A model generated the notes under the pieces. The model was not told where the DNA came from, did no database searches, and saw only the letters and a program-made list of their open reading frames with translations. From Sarea resinae (taxonomy: Eukaryota): 64,000 bases of DNA. A program made the position numbers and the translations under genes. Shown in pieces: positions 49,396 through 63,252 of the stretch. Position 1 is the first letter of the stretch, and the number at the start of each line of letters is the position of its first letter. Where the stretch lies: assembly GCA_026026165.1 (NCBI GenBank), contig JAPEUD010000003.1:248001-312000 (forward strand). The letters run 5' to 3'.

Positions 49396-51250
49396 ACGTA
49401 GAGTTCTTCGTACATCTTAGCCGGGACGGGTGGTCGCTTGCATTGCGCAGACACTTAATTCAAGGTACGCAGCATAGCAAAGATGTGACTGTCATGCGGG
49501 TTGACAAAGGTCGCGAGTGGGTGTTCCTCCGGCCGAAAGTGATCGTTCTCTATCAGAAAAGGAAGTCCGGAGATGGGAAGATGGCGCCCTGGTAGAAGTG
49601 TATCCGTCTGCCTACCTACGTGATAATCCAATGGCCATCGAGAGTAGCGTGGTGCTAAGGTGGATGGTGGCCACGGATGGAGATGGCTTCAATGCCCAGC
49701 ACTCACATCGATGATGCGAGAGGAATGCGCTGTACGAGAAACAGCAGCAGCCTCCTGAGAGAGGCGGAACAGCAGGATTGCAACTGTGAAGCAGCAGATA
49801 TGGAACGGATTAGCATCCGCCGTGTCGACGAGTTGTGCACAAGCAAGAAGCAAAGGGCGCCCGACGATCTCAATGCGGTTGTGGCTGCTGATCTCTATCG
49901 TGGAAGGTCACCACGAGAGGAGCGGACCTGTCATCCTGCCCTCTTACAATTGGAATGGAGAGAGCAAGCGAGGGGCATAGCATATCATGAAGGGAGAAGG
50001 ACAGGATCGGATCGACGGAAGCAATTGAACGGCCTGGTTGGGGAAAAGAGGCTGCAGACCGAACCCCACCTTATCTTCCGAGCGGATCGGGGATCGGGGA
50101 TCGGTGATCGATGATGGCCATGTTGGAGAAAATAGAAGCTCAAGAAGAAATAAAAGTCGAGGATGGGATTAGAGGCATAGGCATGGGATTGTAGAGAATG
50201 CCATCCATGCCGTGGCTTCTCCTTGCTCGAGCGGAAGGTTCGTTGATTGCTTAATAATACGAGAGGGTGGAAAGGGCCCGGGGGAGACTCCGAGATGCCC
50301 AGCCCGGCTCGAGGCTCCGCTCTCATTCCTGTCCACTGCAGACAAGCCAATTCCTCTTCAGCTCTCCTTTCCACTTGCCCCTCCGCTACGTCCGTAGGTA
50401 GATCAGTAGGGAGTAAATGTAGTATCCTTGCCATGGGACCGGAGCGACCGACCGGAAGCACTCCCGTGGGTGCATCCTCTAGGGCAGGATATGACTCTCA
50501 GGATACCTTGTGATTCTCAGTCGTCTTTCCGATCTGACCTATTCGATCTGCAGTCTTTCCTACGTAGTACAATGATGCTAATCATGGATGTATCCATCGG
50601 GTACCGATCGGGTTGGGGTCCAATTACGAAGTACCTCCAGGCCTCCCAGGCCTACCAGGCCTACGAGGGGTACGAGGGGTACCCCTCGTACCCAAGGTAG
50701 CTACCTGCTGTCAAGCTTTTTATATTCGCGAGACGTGGAACGAGGTGCTATTATCTTGGGCCCGAGCCCCTGTGAAATATACTCCGATCGATTCTACGGT
50801 GTTCGAGCGCGGTGGTATCCTGTCTGCTAAACGGAGCACGAAGAAGATTCCAGTCTCTGTCTCTGTCTCTGTCTTGGCCTTGGCATGGTGCCTGGCGAAG
50901 CGGGGGGCGGGCCATGCCTTTAGGTTCATCGGGCTTAGGTCTTAGTTTCAGTCGTCCCAATCGCCACCTTGTTTTCACCATTGTTGAAGTCACTCGTCTG
51001 GAGCGGAGTCCGCCTCCGCGGCCCTTTGCTGGAGGATTGTGAATGCACGCTCGCTCTCACAGCCGTCGCCGCGGTGGCTATGGGCAACATCTCGATTGTA
51101 ATTGTCAATGACCTTAAGAAAACAGCCTTCCAGCCTGTCTGTGCCCCGGCCCATAGCATTCTCCAACACCCAATTTGTGACGAGCGATCGCTGTTGATAC
51201 ACCCTTCCGCATAATACCGTTGTTCCACCTCTGACTGGCGATATGCAGTC

Positions 51251-53583
51251 ATGTCCACCTTTCGCTCTATTCGACCCGCATCGAGCGCGCCGTCTGGTTA
51301 TAGTTCATCGGATCCTTCACAAAGCACACCCCCAGAGTCGAGCGGCAGTGCGTCGAGTAACAAAAAGAGAAAAAGTCCGAGCCATGTGACCGCGAATGCT
51401 TGTATCAATTGCAAGAAGGCGAGAGCAAAGGTACGCCGTCTGCCGCCGTTTTCCCGCCCCTCCCACGCCTCGTTTGTTCCGTTTGCCTGCATTCGATGAC
51501 GGCCCTGCCAAGATATCTTGGAACAGCAAGCTGACTCAATCAATTATGCTCAGTGCGATGGCCAAGAGCCCGAGCCTTGTAGTAGGTGCCAGACGCGAGA
51601 CATCGCATCAACATGCCATTACGAAGTCCATGTGAAGACGGCCAAGGAGGAGATGCTTCGGAGAATACGAGGACTCGAGGCAACGAACTTTGACCTTCGC
51701 GAGTTGAATGAAGATCTCGAGGAAGAGAACCAGGATCTGCGTGGGAGGAACGAGTTGTATCGTTTGAAGGATGACCGGGTCGAATTTATTTTTAATGCGT
51801 TTCGCTCGCACGCGGATGGCGAAGAAATCTTAAATCGACTTAAAAGCGGTCATAGTTATGACGAGATCGCTCAATGGTTGGGGGGTCCTCCCGTTCCCCA
51901 GATAAGTAGACTATCTCCCATATCAGACCAGAAGCTCGCAGAGGTTGTCAGACGATTCCATGAAGCGTCAGACATCGATCCTCGACAAGGAGATCGCGAT
52001 ATCCACCGTTGGACATCCGTCACGAGCGAGGGTCCTCTCGTACGCCACCTACTAGCTCTCTATTTCAGCTGGGTGCATCCAGCACACATGCTCTTTGATG
52101 AGGCGATGTTTATGACCAATTTTGACCATGGCAGAGCGACGCTGTGCTCGCCGGGACTCGTGAATGCTATCTGTGCGACGGCATGCCAGTTGTTCGACGG
52201 GAACAGTGACATGACAGCCAAGACTCTTGGTGACCTGTTTCTAGAAGAGACTCTCCAACACCTCAATACCGAGAGCACGAACCTCCTAACAACCATACAA
52301 GCCTTTGCTGTGCTGTTCTTATGTGGTTGGGGTGCTGGAGAAGGTGCTAAAGCGTCACCATACCTCAGACTTGCGGTGGAGTCACTGAACACGGTCGCGG
52401 CCGAAGGCCTCCCAAACGGCGCTGTAGAAATTTCAGTGTGGGGTATACAAACGTTAAACACGTAAGATTTCCCTTCACCATCGCCTTTCAGATGCGTGAG
52501 CTGATTGTAATAGTGCGTGGGCGGGACTTACCTATCAAAAACCTTTCGCTCCTGCATCCCCACATGCCATTGTGTTCAGAAACATTGATTTGGACAGATC
52601 CGATGCTGACTGGAGAGACTACCGACAACCCGAAGATCTCGGAAGGAAAACAGGCCAGCCCAGCTTTGCCCTTCGCACAGCCTTCGAGCGCGCAAAATTA
52701 TATCGCATCGTGCATGAGACGATCAATATCTGCTGCGGGAGTCGAGGGCGCATTACTGCTAGCTCGGTGCTCCAAGTGTATCGGCGGTTCTTGGAATGGG
52801 AAAAAGAATTGCCGCCAGCCTTAGCAAACGTTGGCCAAGGCGGCGGCTCAGCAATGCCGCACGTTTCCCTACTTCAGTAAGTCCGCAAAGCAAAAAAACA
52901 TAACCAACGTCTATTTCGGGCAAGCGTTGACAGTGAGTAGCATGGAATACTCCACCGCTGTCATCAATCTCTTCCGTCCACTCATAGAATACCCTGAGTT
53001 TTCAGAACCGACGCATACGGATCTAAGATCTCTCTGCCTACATGCTGCTCAATCGGGGTTTGAGAGAGCAGGAAAAACTCACGCGCTGTATGGAAGTCGG
53101 CATCAGCCACCGATTCACTCCCTTTGTCTTCTCCACCTCTCCGACCTCATGCTTCGCCTTAAGCCTCCACAGCAGAATCCTTTTGAGATCATGCACTTCT
53201 GCACGGCGAGTCTGCAGGAAGCCAGCGCCGGTTTCACAGTATGCGCAATCTTCTTACAGATGTTTCGGCAAGCCGTCCATGAATACGGATTAACACCACC
53301 TCAGGAGACCGAGGAGAGGGGTGGGCCGAGAAAGACTTTCGCTCCGTACGACTTACTGAATGCTTGTACACGTTTAACGTATGCTCAGCCTGCCGAGATG
53401 ATCGCGAGCAGGATAGATCCCGCGATGGGTCATGATTTTGCCAGAGAGTGGCAGCAACTCATTGGCGACGTGCATAGGGATAAACCTGACCGGCATGGTC
53501 AAGGTGACAGTGGTGGTGGTAGTAGTAGTAGTAGTAGTGGCGACCTCAAGTACATGCAGATCAATGCTCTTCTCAACGAGTAA
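51251..53583 (+). CDS. Zn2Cys6 transcription factor, NirA-like, with fungal TF middle domain, 4 exons
   Basis: ANACINCKKARAK|CDGQEPEPCSRCQTRDIASTCHY, coiled-coil dimerisation segment, WTSVT..LVRHLLALYFSWVHP, CSPGLVNAICA, C-terminal MQINALLNE. GT-AG introns at about 51431, 52462 and 52877. Confidence 0.88.
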
Positions 53584-55623
53584 GAGTAAAGCCCCTTGAT
53601 GATTTTTCCAATTCTGTTTTCTTGTGCAAAGTATCCATGTTAGCACTAGCATTGTTTGGCGTTGTTATCATCTTGCGACTGCGCTCTATAGCTTATGAGC
53701 GATTCTTTGAAACAAAGTGGACGGGAAGAGCACGAGGAAGGAAGAAGAGGGGGAGAGGAGGAAGAGAAAGAGGGAAAAGAACGAGGAAGAGGAAGAGGAA
53801 GAGAAACGGCAAGGGAGGAGGGTAGATAGATCGATCGATGGCAAATGGTAGATGGTGGCAGTAGTGCCTGCATTTGGACCCCGGGCTTCCATTCATTTCA
53901 AGTCCCCACGATGTGTACGTCAGAGGGATTGATCCACAACACTCGTCGGCATCTGGGTCCCCCTGCTTTCTCTATGGATATCACGCAAATAGCATTGATG
54001 AAGACATGACTATCAGATGACTACCTAGGTACGGATCCAGCTGCTACAGTACTTCACGATCGGAATGAGTTGACAGATCGGAGATCTCTCTCTCTAGAAC
54101 GAGAGGGATTCAGCTGGAGGGGGGCAGGACATCCAATGTCAGTCACGAATGGAAGTTACATGCTATCATAGTACGGAGTACTGCGCAGTAAATCCGTCGA
54201 ACTTTGTTCCTTGATCGACGAAGGGGCGTTAGGCACCGTACTTCAGAGTACCTACAAGAGACATCTCTCAAGGTACCTTCAACCCAACCGCGAGTCTGGC
54301 AATGACCTACCCAGCCATCAGTGCTCGAGTCTCTTCTCGTACCTGCTTGAATGGAGCCTTGGAATTGGCTTTGCGGTGCCGACCCTGACGAGGTGGACCC
54401 ACCCGATCCCGTCGCAATAGATCATTACTGCGGAAAAGCCTCCGGACCAATGATATCCATACAATTTCATCAGTCCGTCCTCGTCCATCGCGCCAGCTTG
54501 GAGAAGGAGCATCGGGGAGCTTTCGTTGCAGGGAGCTTCCGGTGATATAAGGGACACCAGAAGCACAAATTGAACGCGAGTCTGATCTCCCCTTCTCCCT
54601 CTACTGACCATGATGTGATCAACCTGGATGGATATGTCGCCCAACAAGAGTCCATCAAGGGCGGAGCCAGCTCGAAGACTTTTGAGTCAGGCGAGCGCTG
54701 GCACCTCAACGTCTCATGGACAAACAGCTGCTACAGGAGGAATGCGATGCTGCACACCCCATCAATGTGGTAGCATCTGTCCGCTCCCTCTATTGACTCT
54801 CTCGCGAAGCTTCAATCAAGTTCAGGATCTCGAGGTGATCCGTTGCCAGATCATGCGCGTAATTTCCGTGTATGACCGCGCTCGGAAGGATTATTTCTTA
54901 CTCACCGGCAGTATAGATGAGCTTCTTCATTGACAGTTTCTGTCCTTTGCTGCCATAGTCTCATTTCAAGCTACTTACTAGGTAACTACACAACCACTTT
55001 TTTCCTATCTGATCTTTCCAGGTCCCCACCTTGCCTTTCCTTCTCCGGAGTCTTTTGGACCGTACAGAAGCCTACTAGGTTCCTCGCTCTTTCTCGAAAA
55101 CTACCAGGATGGTGTGTGCTTCCAGAGATAGTCAGGACGTGAAAGTCACACTCTCGCCCCCCACAGTGTACCAGCCTCTAGCCTTGGTCTATATTGCAAT
55201 ACCTCATGACTGGTCTGCCTACGACTCTGATCGCTGTCACAGCTAGGAACAGGTAACAGGTCTCCTCCCCATACTCGACGAAGACTGACATCTTGTAAAG
55301 TGGACTACCCCTTGCGGGCCCGAAGAGGAAGCCGAGACGTTCGTCCCCACTCTTTCCTGTCAAAACAAGTTAAGACCTTCGCTTTTTGAAATTTCGATAT
55401 AGAGCATGCTATAGCCTTTGATTAAATTCAAAGTGATCGATATGCCTTCAAGATCCCTCGACGCTTTGCCCATCCCTGAAAAGTTTTTTCTCCCTTCAGT
55501 CCACTGGAAAAGTCAAGAAGGGCAGGAAGATCAGGGTTATACGCTGCCTGACTACACTATCTGTTTTTCAGCAACTTACGAAATCTAATATCATTCTCCG
55601 ATACTCTACCTTTCGGTCGACAG

Positions 55624-56878
55624 ATTACCTGTGGGAAAGTCTGTCCTGATGGCGCCTGTCGTGCTTCCTCCTGGGTATGCTGCTTCAAAAGATCTGCCAA
55701 AAAATCCAGCTTGTGTCACAGCATTTCCGGACCTTTTACCCACGGAATCGACAGGAGAAACAGATCCTTCAACAGAGCACAACGTCGTGGAACCGAGTGT
55801 CGGTCACTCACCGGGCAATCATCCATTCACAGCCACCGGTGTACCTGATCATTATCTAGAAGAAGCCGTCGCAGAACCAGACGTCATAAATAAACATGAG
55901 TCACCTCCGTTCTCAGCGGTCCCGCTCAGCCCTCAGGGCGTACCAGAAATATTGTGCCTGAGAGGGGCAGATGCAAAACACCCAATTCATCAATTGTCAA
56001 AGACGCGACCAAGACCGCTCAACTCTCGCGATTTCATTTCAAAATCCTACCCAAACACACACAGCTTTGCTTCCTCAGAGGAACAGACTTCTCACAGCGA
56101 AACGACATGGAGACCCTCAGTCTCGGATTCAAACCCTGCATTCGCTTTTCCGCGACGGGCTCTTCGGTCATTCTTGTCAAAACGTTCAGATTTATACACG
56201 GAGCATAATGCTTTTGACAGTGTTTTTAGTACAGTGGCTGCATCGGAAACTGAGACAAGCCATGATGACCACCAGCTTCTTAGACCTGCTCTTGGAATCA
56301 ACCTAGGATGCTTTGGCGGCCTTATTCTCGTCTGCATTCTGGGCTATTACTCCCATAAATTGAAGAGAAGGTCGAGAAGAAAGCAAAGTGAGCCCTCCCG
56401 GACAAGGCAGCGCGATGTCAACCTGATGACGCTGAGCGAATCCGTCGCGGCAACTCAGAGCGAGGCTTCCACGCCATTGCAAAGCGAGTCCACCTCGAGG
56501 ACGCATAGTGCATCCGCCCCGACATCGCGGAGGACTCCTTCGCATGCAACAACTCGTGGTGGGTTTCCACATTTGGTAGATCGAGAAGGGAGGAGTAAGC
56601 TTCCTCCAGCCTACAGCGAATCCAAAGCAGGAAATAGCGCGAATCAATTGGCAATCAACAGCAGAACGCCTCCATCTCTACGTTTACTTCAACCCGCTAC
56701 GGCACATCTGAGCCCCGACAGACCCACTCAGGATGAGATCAGGGGGAGGTGTACTCCGCCTCCTGAGTATACAGCGGCGTCCGATCTTCGAATCGATCGC
56801 TACACTTGGACTAGCCGTGCTTCTGATCACTATGAGATGGGATTTATGCCAGACCCTCTCGTGCGGAGGCAGAGATGA
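55624..56878 (+). CDS. Hypothetical single-pass membrane protein (probably the last exon; 5' exons unresolved)
   Basis: Long ORF with one TM helix (ALGINLGCFGGLILVCILGYY), a following basic stop-transfer (HKLKRRSRRK) and two PPxY motifs. Candidate acceptor TCTAAT..CAG at 55623; first in-frame ATG at 55649. Confidence 0.55.
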
Positions 56879-57553
56879 CAGTTTTGAAAGAGTATAAGAT
56901 CATGCGAGATGAAGCATACGATGCATGTCTGACGGACTTAGAAATTATGAGCTTTAGGGCAGAATCTAGGGGTGCATTAAATTGAACAACTCAAGTTGCG
57001 CACATAGCTGGCGTAGTACTCTATCAACAGATGCGGTCGGATCGCAATCATTGGATGCACACCGCACTTAGCATACCATGTGTTACGACTGAAATGAAAT
57101 ATGAACAGCGGTGACAAAGAGACCGATGACCTCCGGGGCCCCAGCTTGGTAAATTGCTGAGTGCTAAGTAGGTAAGGTAGAGGGAGGTATTGCCATGTGG
57201 CCTTTCCGATGAGCGGATTGAATGGATTCGCAATGCCCTTGTACCTGCGTTACCCTGCGCACCTTCTCGCTAAGCGAGACATCGTCAAGCTACGCACCCA
57301 GGGCAGCGACCAAGTACCGGCCAGAGATGGCCGAGGGGAGCTCATCATGAATGCTTGAAGAGAGTTGTAGTCACCACCTGCCTATTATAACAGCAACACA
57401 TCCTCCATCTCTTCCTTCTTCACCTCCCTCACGTTCCGATCATCTCCCCACATTGCGATCAGAACCAGTCGTTCTGCTCTGGCCGAGCTGGGCCTGAACG
57501 GATACAAAACACTTGGCACTTCGGCCCCCTGCGTCAGAGCAAAGCTATAGAAG

Positions 57554-60500
57554 ATGCGGTTGGACGTCAAGGTGTGTTAGATGCCAGTGATGAATGGCCC
57601 CTCTTCTCCCTTTAAATTGGAGACTGGGCGAGGTCGAGCGCTGCCCTTTTGTAGATGAGCCTTGCTGACATGCGCCTGCATCTGCAGAGGCAATTGTTCG
57701 CGCGGTCCGAGAGGGTCAAGGGGATCGATTTTCACTCCACAGAGCCATGGGTAAGGCAGTCATCCGCAGTCCTGGATTCGGCATTACTGACAGCCTGTAG
57801 ATCCTCACGACTCTCTACAGTGGTATGTTTGGATATTGCGAAACGGGATGTTGCGAAGTTCTAGGATGCTAAGGAGATACAAATAGGCCATGTCTACATC
57901 TGGTCCTACGAAACACAGGTATTACAGAAACCTCTGCGTTGGGCTTCTTTCGCTGACGCTTACCAGGCTATTGTCAAGACCTTTGAGCTGACAGACGTGC
58001 CGGTACGAGCTGGTCGATTTATTGCACGAAAGAATTGGATAGTGTGCGGATCCGATGACTTCCAACTACGAGTTTACAACTACAACACTTCGGAGAAGAT
58101 CACCTCTTTCGAAGCTCATCCGGATTATATTCGCGCAATAGTCGTTCATCCATCACAGCCTTTCGTGCTCACCGCCTCCGATGATATGACGATAAAGTTA
58201 TGGGACTGGGAAAGGGGCTGGAAATGCGTGCAGGTATTCGAGGGTCACAGCCACTATGTTATGGGATTGGCCATCAACCCCAAAGACACAAATACATTCG
58301 CCTCGGCATGTCTCGATAGGACTGTGAAAATATGGAACTTAGGCTCTGGAACCCCGAACTTTACCTTGGAAGCACACGAGACAAAGGGTGTGAACCATGT
58401 GGACTACTATCCTCAATCAGACAAGCCGTACCTTCTTACGACCTCCGACGATCGGACAGTGAAAATCTGGGACTATACTACGAAATCACTGATCGCAACT
58501 CTGGAGGGACACACGAGCAATGTTTCTTTCGCCTGCTACCACCCAGAATTGCCGATCATCATCTCTGGTTCCGAAGATGGCACTGTCAAAATATGGCACG
58601 CAAATACATATCGACTGGAACAGTCTTTGAACTATGGGCTGGAGCGAGCGTGGTGTGTCAGCTACCAACGAGGAAAGCAGGGCATAGCTATGGGTTTCGA
58701 CGATGGGGCAGTGGTAGTCAAGATGGGCCGTGAAGAACCGGCCGTGTCCATGGACAATTCTGGCAAATTAATATGGGCGAGGCATAGCGAAGTTCTCTCT
58801 GCTGTTATCAAGGGAGGAGGTGTGTATAGAACTCATGATTTGACGTATACACCCTTTGCTAATGATTGACTGAAGATCTTACTCTGACAGACGGCTCGCC
58901 TCTAACTCTTCCTACGAAGGACCTCGGTAATTGTGAGATCTACCCCCAAACTCTTGTTCATTCGCCGAATGGCCGTTTCGTATCCGTCTGTGGGGATGGC
59001 GAGTATATCATTTACACGGCTCTTGCGTGGCGAAATAAGGCCTTTGGCTCAGCACTTGACTTTGTCTGGGGCTCAAAGGACAACAGTAATGATTACGCGA
59101 TTCTCGAGTCGGCTACGAGCGTTAAGATATTCCGCAACTTCAAGGAGAAGGCCGGCGGACTTGACGTTGGATTTCCAGCCGAAGGACTAAGTGGCGGTGC
59201 TCTTCTGGGTGTCAAGGGCCAAGGAGGCGTAGGGCTTTTTGATTGGGAGACTGGTGGCTTGGTACGAAAGATCGAGGTCGACCCGAAAACAGTACGTCCG
59301 AATCTATCTGTGTGGACATTACATCATTTTCCTGACCATTCTTGATAGGTTTATTGGTCAGAAGCTGGGGATCTGGTTGTACTTGCTTGCGAGGAGACCT
59401 TCTATGTCCTTCGGTACACCAGAGACAACTACGTGGAGGCATTGAATGCTGGACAAGTGGAGGCGGATGGCGTTGAAGCTGCATTTGAACTTATTACTGA
59501 CATCAACGAGACGTGAGTCAATATCTCCCCCAGAGGTCGAGTTCTTCGCTGAATATATTAGGGTCCGAACCGGAGAGTGGGTTGGAGACTGCTTCATCTA
59601 CACCAATTCCACAAACCGCCTGAACTACCTCGTGGGAGACCAGACGTATACTGTCTCGCACTTCGACCAGCCAATGTACGTTCTAGGGTATCTTCCTCGA
59701 GATGGACGAGTCTACATCGCAGACAAGGACGTCAATGTTATCTCTTTCGCTCTCTCGCTCTCTGTCGTCGAGTACCAGACTCTCGTTCTCAGAGGAGACA
59801 TGGATGCCGCGGCCGAGACCCTCAAAGAGATCCCAGCCGATCAGAAAAATAAAATATCGCGTTTCCTCGAAGGTCAAGGCTACAAGGAACTCGCCCTTGA
59901 AGTCGCCACCGATCCTGAGCACAGATTCGACCTCGCTCTCAGCCTCAGCCAACTCAATGTCGCTCTCGAGATCGCCCGCCAGGTCGACTCGGAGCACAAA
60001 TGGAAGACCGTTGGCGACGCCGCCCTTTCCTCTTGGGACGTTGCTCTTGCTGAAGACTGTTTCTCCCATGCGAAGGACCTCGGCTCCCTGCTCCTCCTCT
60101 ACTCCTCTACCGCCGATGCTGCCGGCCTGCGCCGCCTGGCTGACCAAGCCCGCACAGCTGGCGCAAATAATATCGCTTTCTCGGCGCTCTGGCAGCTCGC
60201 TGATCTGGACGCCTGTATCGATCTACTCCTCAGCACTGGCCGCGTCGCAGAGGCCGTCCTTTTCGCCCAGACATACAAACCTAGTCGTGCCGCTGGCGTC
60301 GCCGGGCGCTGGAAGGAGACCCTCGAGAAGGATGGCAAGGGCAAGGTCGCAAGGACGATTGGTATGCCCCCTGGTGCTGATGGCGCCGATGACGATCTCT
60401 TCCCTGAGTGGGATGAATACTTGCGATTGGAGAGTGAGAGGCCGACGGAGCAGTTGATCGACATTGGCGTTGATGGCGAGGCCGAGAAGGACGCGGTTGT

Positions 60501-60606
60501 CAATGGGAGCAATGGGCATGTTCACGAGGAGCCTGAATCGACGGAAAATAAGGGTGAGGCGGAAGAAGTCATCGCTGAGGCTGAGGTTGAGGCTGAGGCC
60601 GAGTAG
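57554..60606 (+). CDS. SEC27: Coatomer beta' subunit, multi-exon
   Basis: [24 protein letters not shown]40 repeats [58 protein letters not shown]. Confidence 0.96.
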
Positions 60607-61499
60607 ACTGGCGATGCTAGGTAAGGGGGCGGGTTTGGCGGGCTGCTAGGCAGCGTGACGAAAAATTTTCACGATAGATTCTGTTGCAATAGTAACTCAG
60701 CTTTCCAGATCCCTCTTTGATTGTTTTGCTCCTAGAAAGAAAAAAACATTACAATCAAAGCTTTCATCCAGCTGTGTGCTTGTGAGACCTTCCTCGGTAA
60801 TGACAACAAATACTGATACAGGGCTCTTTTGGGTCTTGTAATTCGAATTCCCCGAAGCTTTCCTTTTTGTTGCATAGGTTCGAACTCAACTTCATCCGGG
60901 TTTCAAACTTGGAAGAGACAATCATATGGTGCATTCATATGGATATAATTGTTATTATGTTTTATACATGTCGTCTGGGCTTGTCCTAGGGCATTGGCTG
61001 CATCTTGGTTTTGACTAAGACCTCTTTTGAGATGTTTTGAGAGATGGATAGCTTCTGTTCCGAATGCCAATTACGTTTCCGGATGATACGATACAGCCTT
61101 CATCTACGACGGGACGAGTCATGAGGCTTTGAGTTGAGGAACTCGAGGCGTCTAGAAAGGGAATATGGAAGATTATATCTCCACGCTGTGTCGCGGCGCA
61201 GTAGTAGTGGCAGACCAAGCGATCTGGGGTTTCGCGGACACAATTTATCCGTCAATCAGCGATCACCAGCCCGGACCCTTTGGGGAAAGGCATCCCACCT
61301 CGGTGACTTCACTTTCGCATCCCACTTGCATTTATTCCGGATGCGCATTCGTATGTATGAGCATGTATGGACAAGAATTCTCTCATGATACGTAGATTTC
61401 TTTTGGATATATCATCCCAATGCTCCCTTGAGTACTCTGAATGAGCTAATAATCATCACTTCCCACATATCATTCAATTGACGTATTATAATACCCACA

Positions 61500-63026
61500 A
61501 TGGTGACCATCACTAGCTATGTCTCGAGAGACGTCCGGTTCCCGGTATGTGCTGCTCCAGAGTGGTCATGACGTTCGTTTGCAATGCAGCGCAATATTGA
61601 CATAGACCCCTCAGACGTCTCTCGACAAGACCGGCTCCGATGCCATGAACACAGCCGGCGACTATTCAGCTGCCTACTGCATCCTCCAAACGGATAGCCC
61701 GCACTCCGGGCATGGAATGACTTTCACCATCGGTCGAGGTAACGAGATCGTGTGCCAGGCGATAAACTACCTCGCAGAGCGTGTCAAAGGCAAGACGCTG
61801 CAATCGCTGGTCGCCGACTGGGGCAAAACATGGCGCTACCTAGTCTCGGACTCGCAGTTGCGCTGGATCGGCCCAGAAAAGGGCGTCATCCACCTAGCAC
61901 TCGGGGCCGTGGTGAATGCTATCTGGGATTTGTGGGCCAAGACGCTCGGAAAGCCCGTGTGGCGTATTGTGGCTGAGATGACGCCCGAGGAGTTTGTGCG
62001 CTGTATCGATTTCAGATATATCACCGATGCGATTACGCCCGAGGAGGCGCTTGAAATGCTACGGAAGGGGCAGGAGGGCAAGGCGGACAGAATCAGGGAC
62101 GCCGAGAATAATCGCGCTGTGCCCGCTTATACGACAAGTGCCGGGTGGTTGGGCTACGGAGAGGACAAGATGAAGGCCTTGCTCGAAGAGACGCAGAGGA
62201 ATGGCTACAAGTTCTTCAAGTTGAAGGTTGGAGGCAGTGTCGAGGCAGACCGGCGCCGATTAAAGATCGCGCGAGACGTCATTGGCTACGATAAGGGCAA
62301 TAAGCTGATGGTCGACGCCAACCAGGTCAGTAGAAACCTCCCTGTTAGACTAGGAATGCTTCGTTCTAGGACCATCGATGCGCTTCAACTACCTCTCAAA
62401 GCGAATCCTGACTAACTTCTAAATCTGCATTCTTCTAGATCTGGTCTGTGCCTGAAGCTATCGACTACATGAAACAGCTGGCGGAATTCAAGCCATGGTT
62501 CATCGAAGAGCCCACGTCTCCCGACGACATCCTGGGCCATAAAGCGATCCGCGAAGCCTTAAAGCCGTACGACATCAGCGTGGCGACAGGAGAAATGTGT
62601 CAGAACAGGGTGATCTTCAAGCAGATGCTTGCCGGGGGTGCCATTGACGTCTGCCAGATCGACGCCTGTCGCATGGGCGGCGTCAACGAGGTCCTTGCCG
62701 TACTATTAATGGCGAAGAAATTCGGCGTGCCCATTGTCCCTCACAGCGGTGGCGTTGGTCTGCCGGAATATACGCAACACCTGTCGACCATAAATTACAT
62801 CCTGCTCTCGCACGTCCCGAGCGTACTGGAATATGTCGACCATCTCCATGAGCATTTTTTCCACCCGGCCGTCATCACAGACGGATATTACGTGACGCCC
62901 ACACAACCAGGGTATAGTGTTGAAATGCGACCAGAAAGCATGGAACGATTTGAATTTCCTGGTGGGGAGAAGAGCTGGTGGAGGAGTGAAGAGGCCAGGA
63001 GCATTCTAGAGGGTGTCAGAGTTTGA
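61500..63026 (+). CDS. lgd1: L-galactonate dehydratase (mandelate racemase/enolase superfamily; GaaB/LGD1, L-fuconate dehydratase-like), 3 exons
   Basis: DVRFP|TSLDKTGSDAMN, TFTIGRGNE, QLRWIGPEKGVIHLA, PAYTTSAGWLGY, FKLKVG, MVDANQ, FIEEPTSPDDILGH, VATGE, PHSGGVGL, EYVDHLHEHF. Confidence 0.88.
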
Positions 63027-63252
63027 TAGGGAGAAGATATTCTCATACGAACACGAATGCGAAAACATATATATAGAGGCGTCTTGAAGGGCGACAATAG
63101 ATAGATGCATATACATGTTTAAGAGCCTATGATACAAATCCAATACAATCTTGCTACTACGACACCAATTTCCTGCAAAATTCCCGACAGCCTACTCAAC
63201 CATCAAGAGGAACTCAGGCTCTCGTTGTCTCCATGACTAAAAGGTAGCAAAT

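Noticed and set aside
48311..49600. Protein-coding explanation (SEPSP/SELPP repeats) or CRISPR-like explanation of the CGG array
   Set aside because: The copies fall in different reading frames and the ORFs are short. 14-bp repeats with irregular spacing in a eukaryote lacking cas genes are not CRISPR.
57572..57688. Box C/D snoRNA in SEC27 intron 1 (GTGATGA...CTGA)
   Set aside because: The CTGA coincides with the branch point, and I saw no terminal stem or recognisable rRNA guide.
60635..60641. Galacturonate-response element CCNCCAA upstream of lgd1
   Set aside because: Single copy, about 860 bp away and only about 30 nt past the SEC27 stop codon; indistinguishable from chance.
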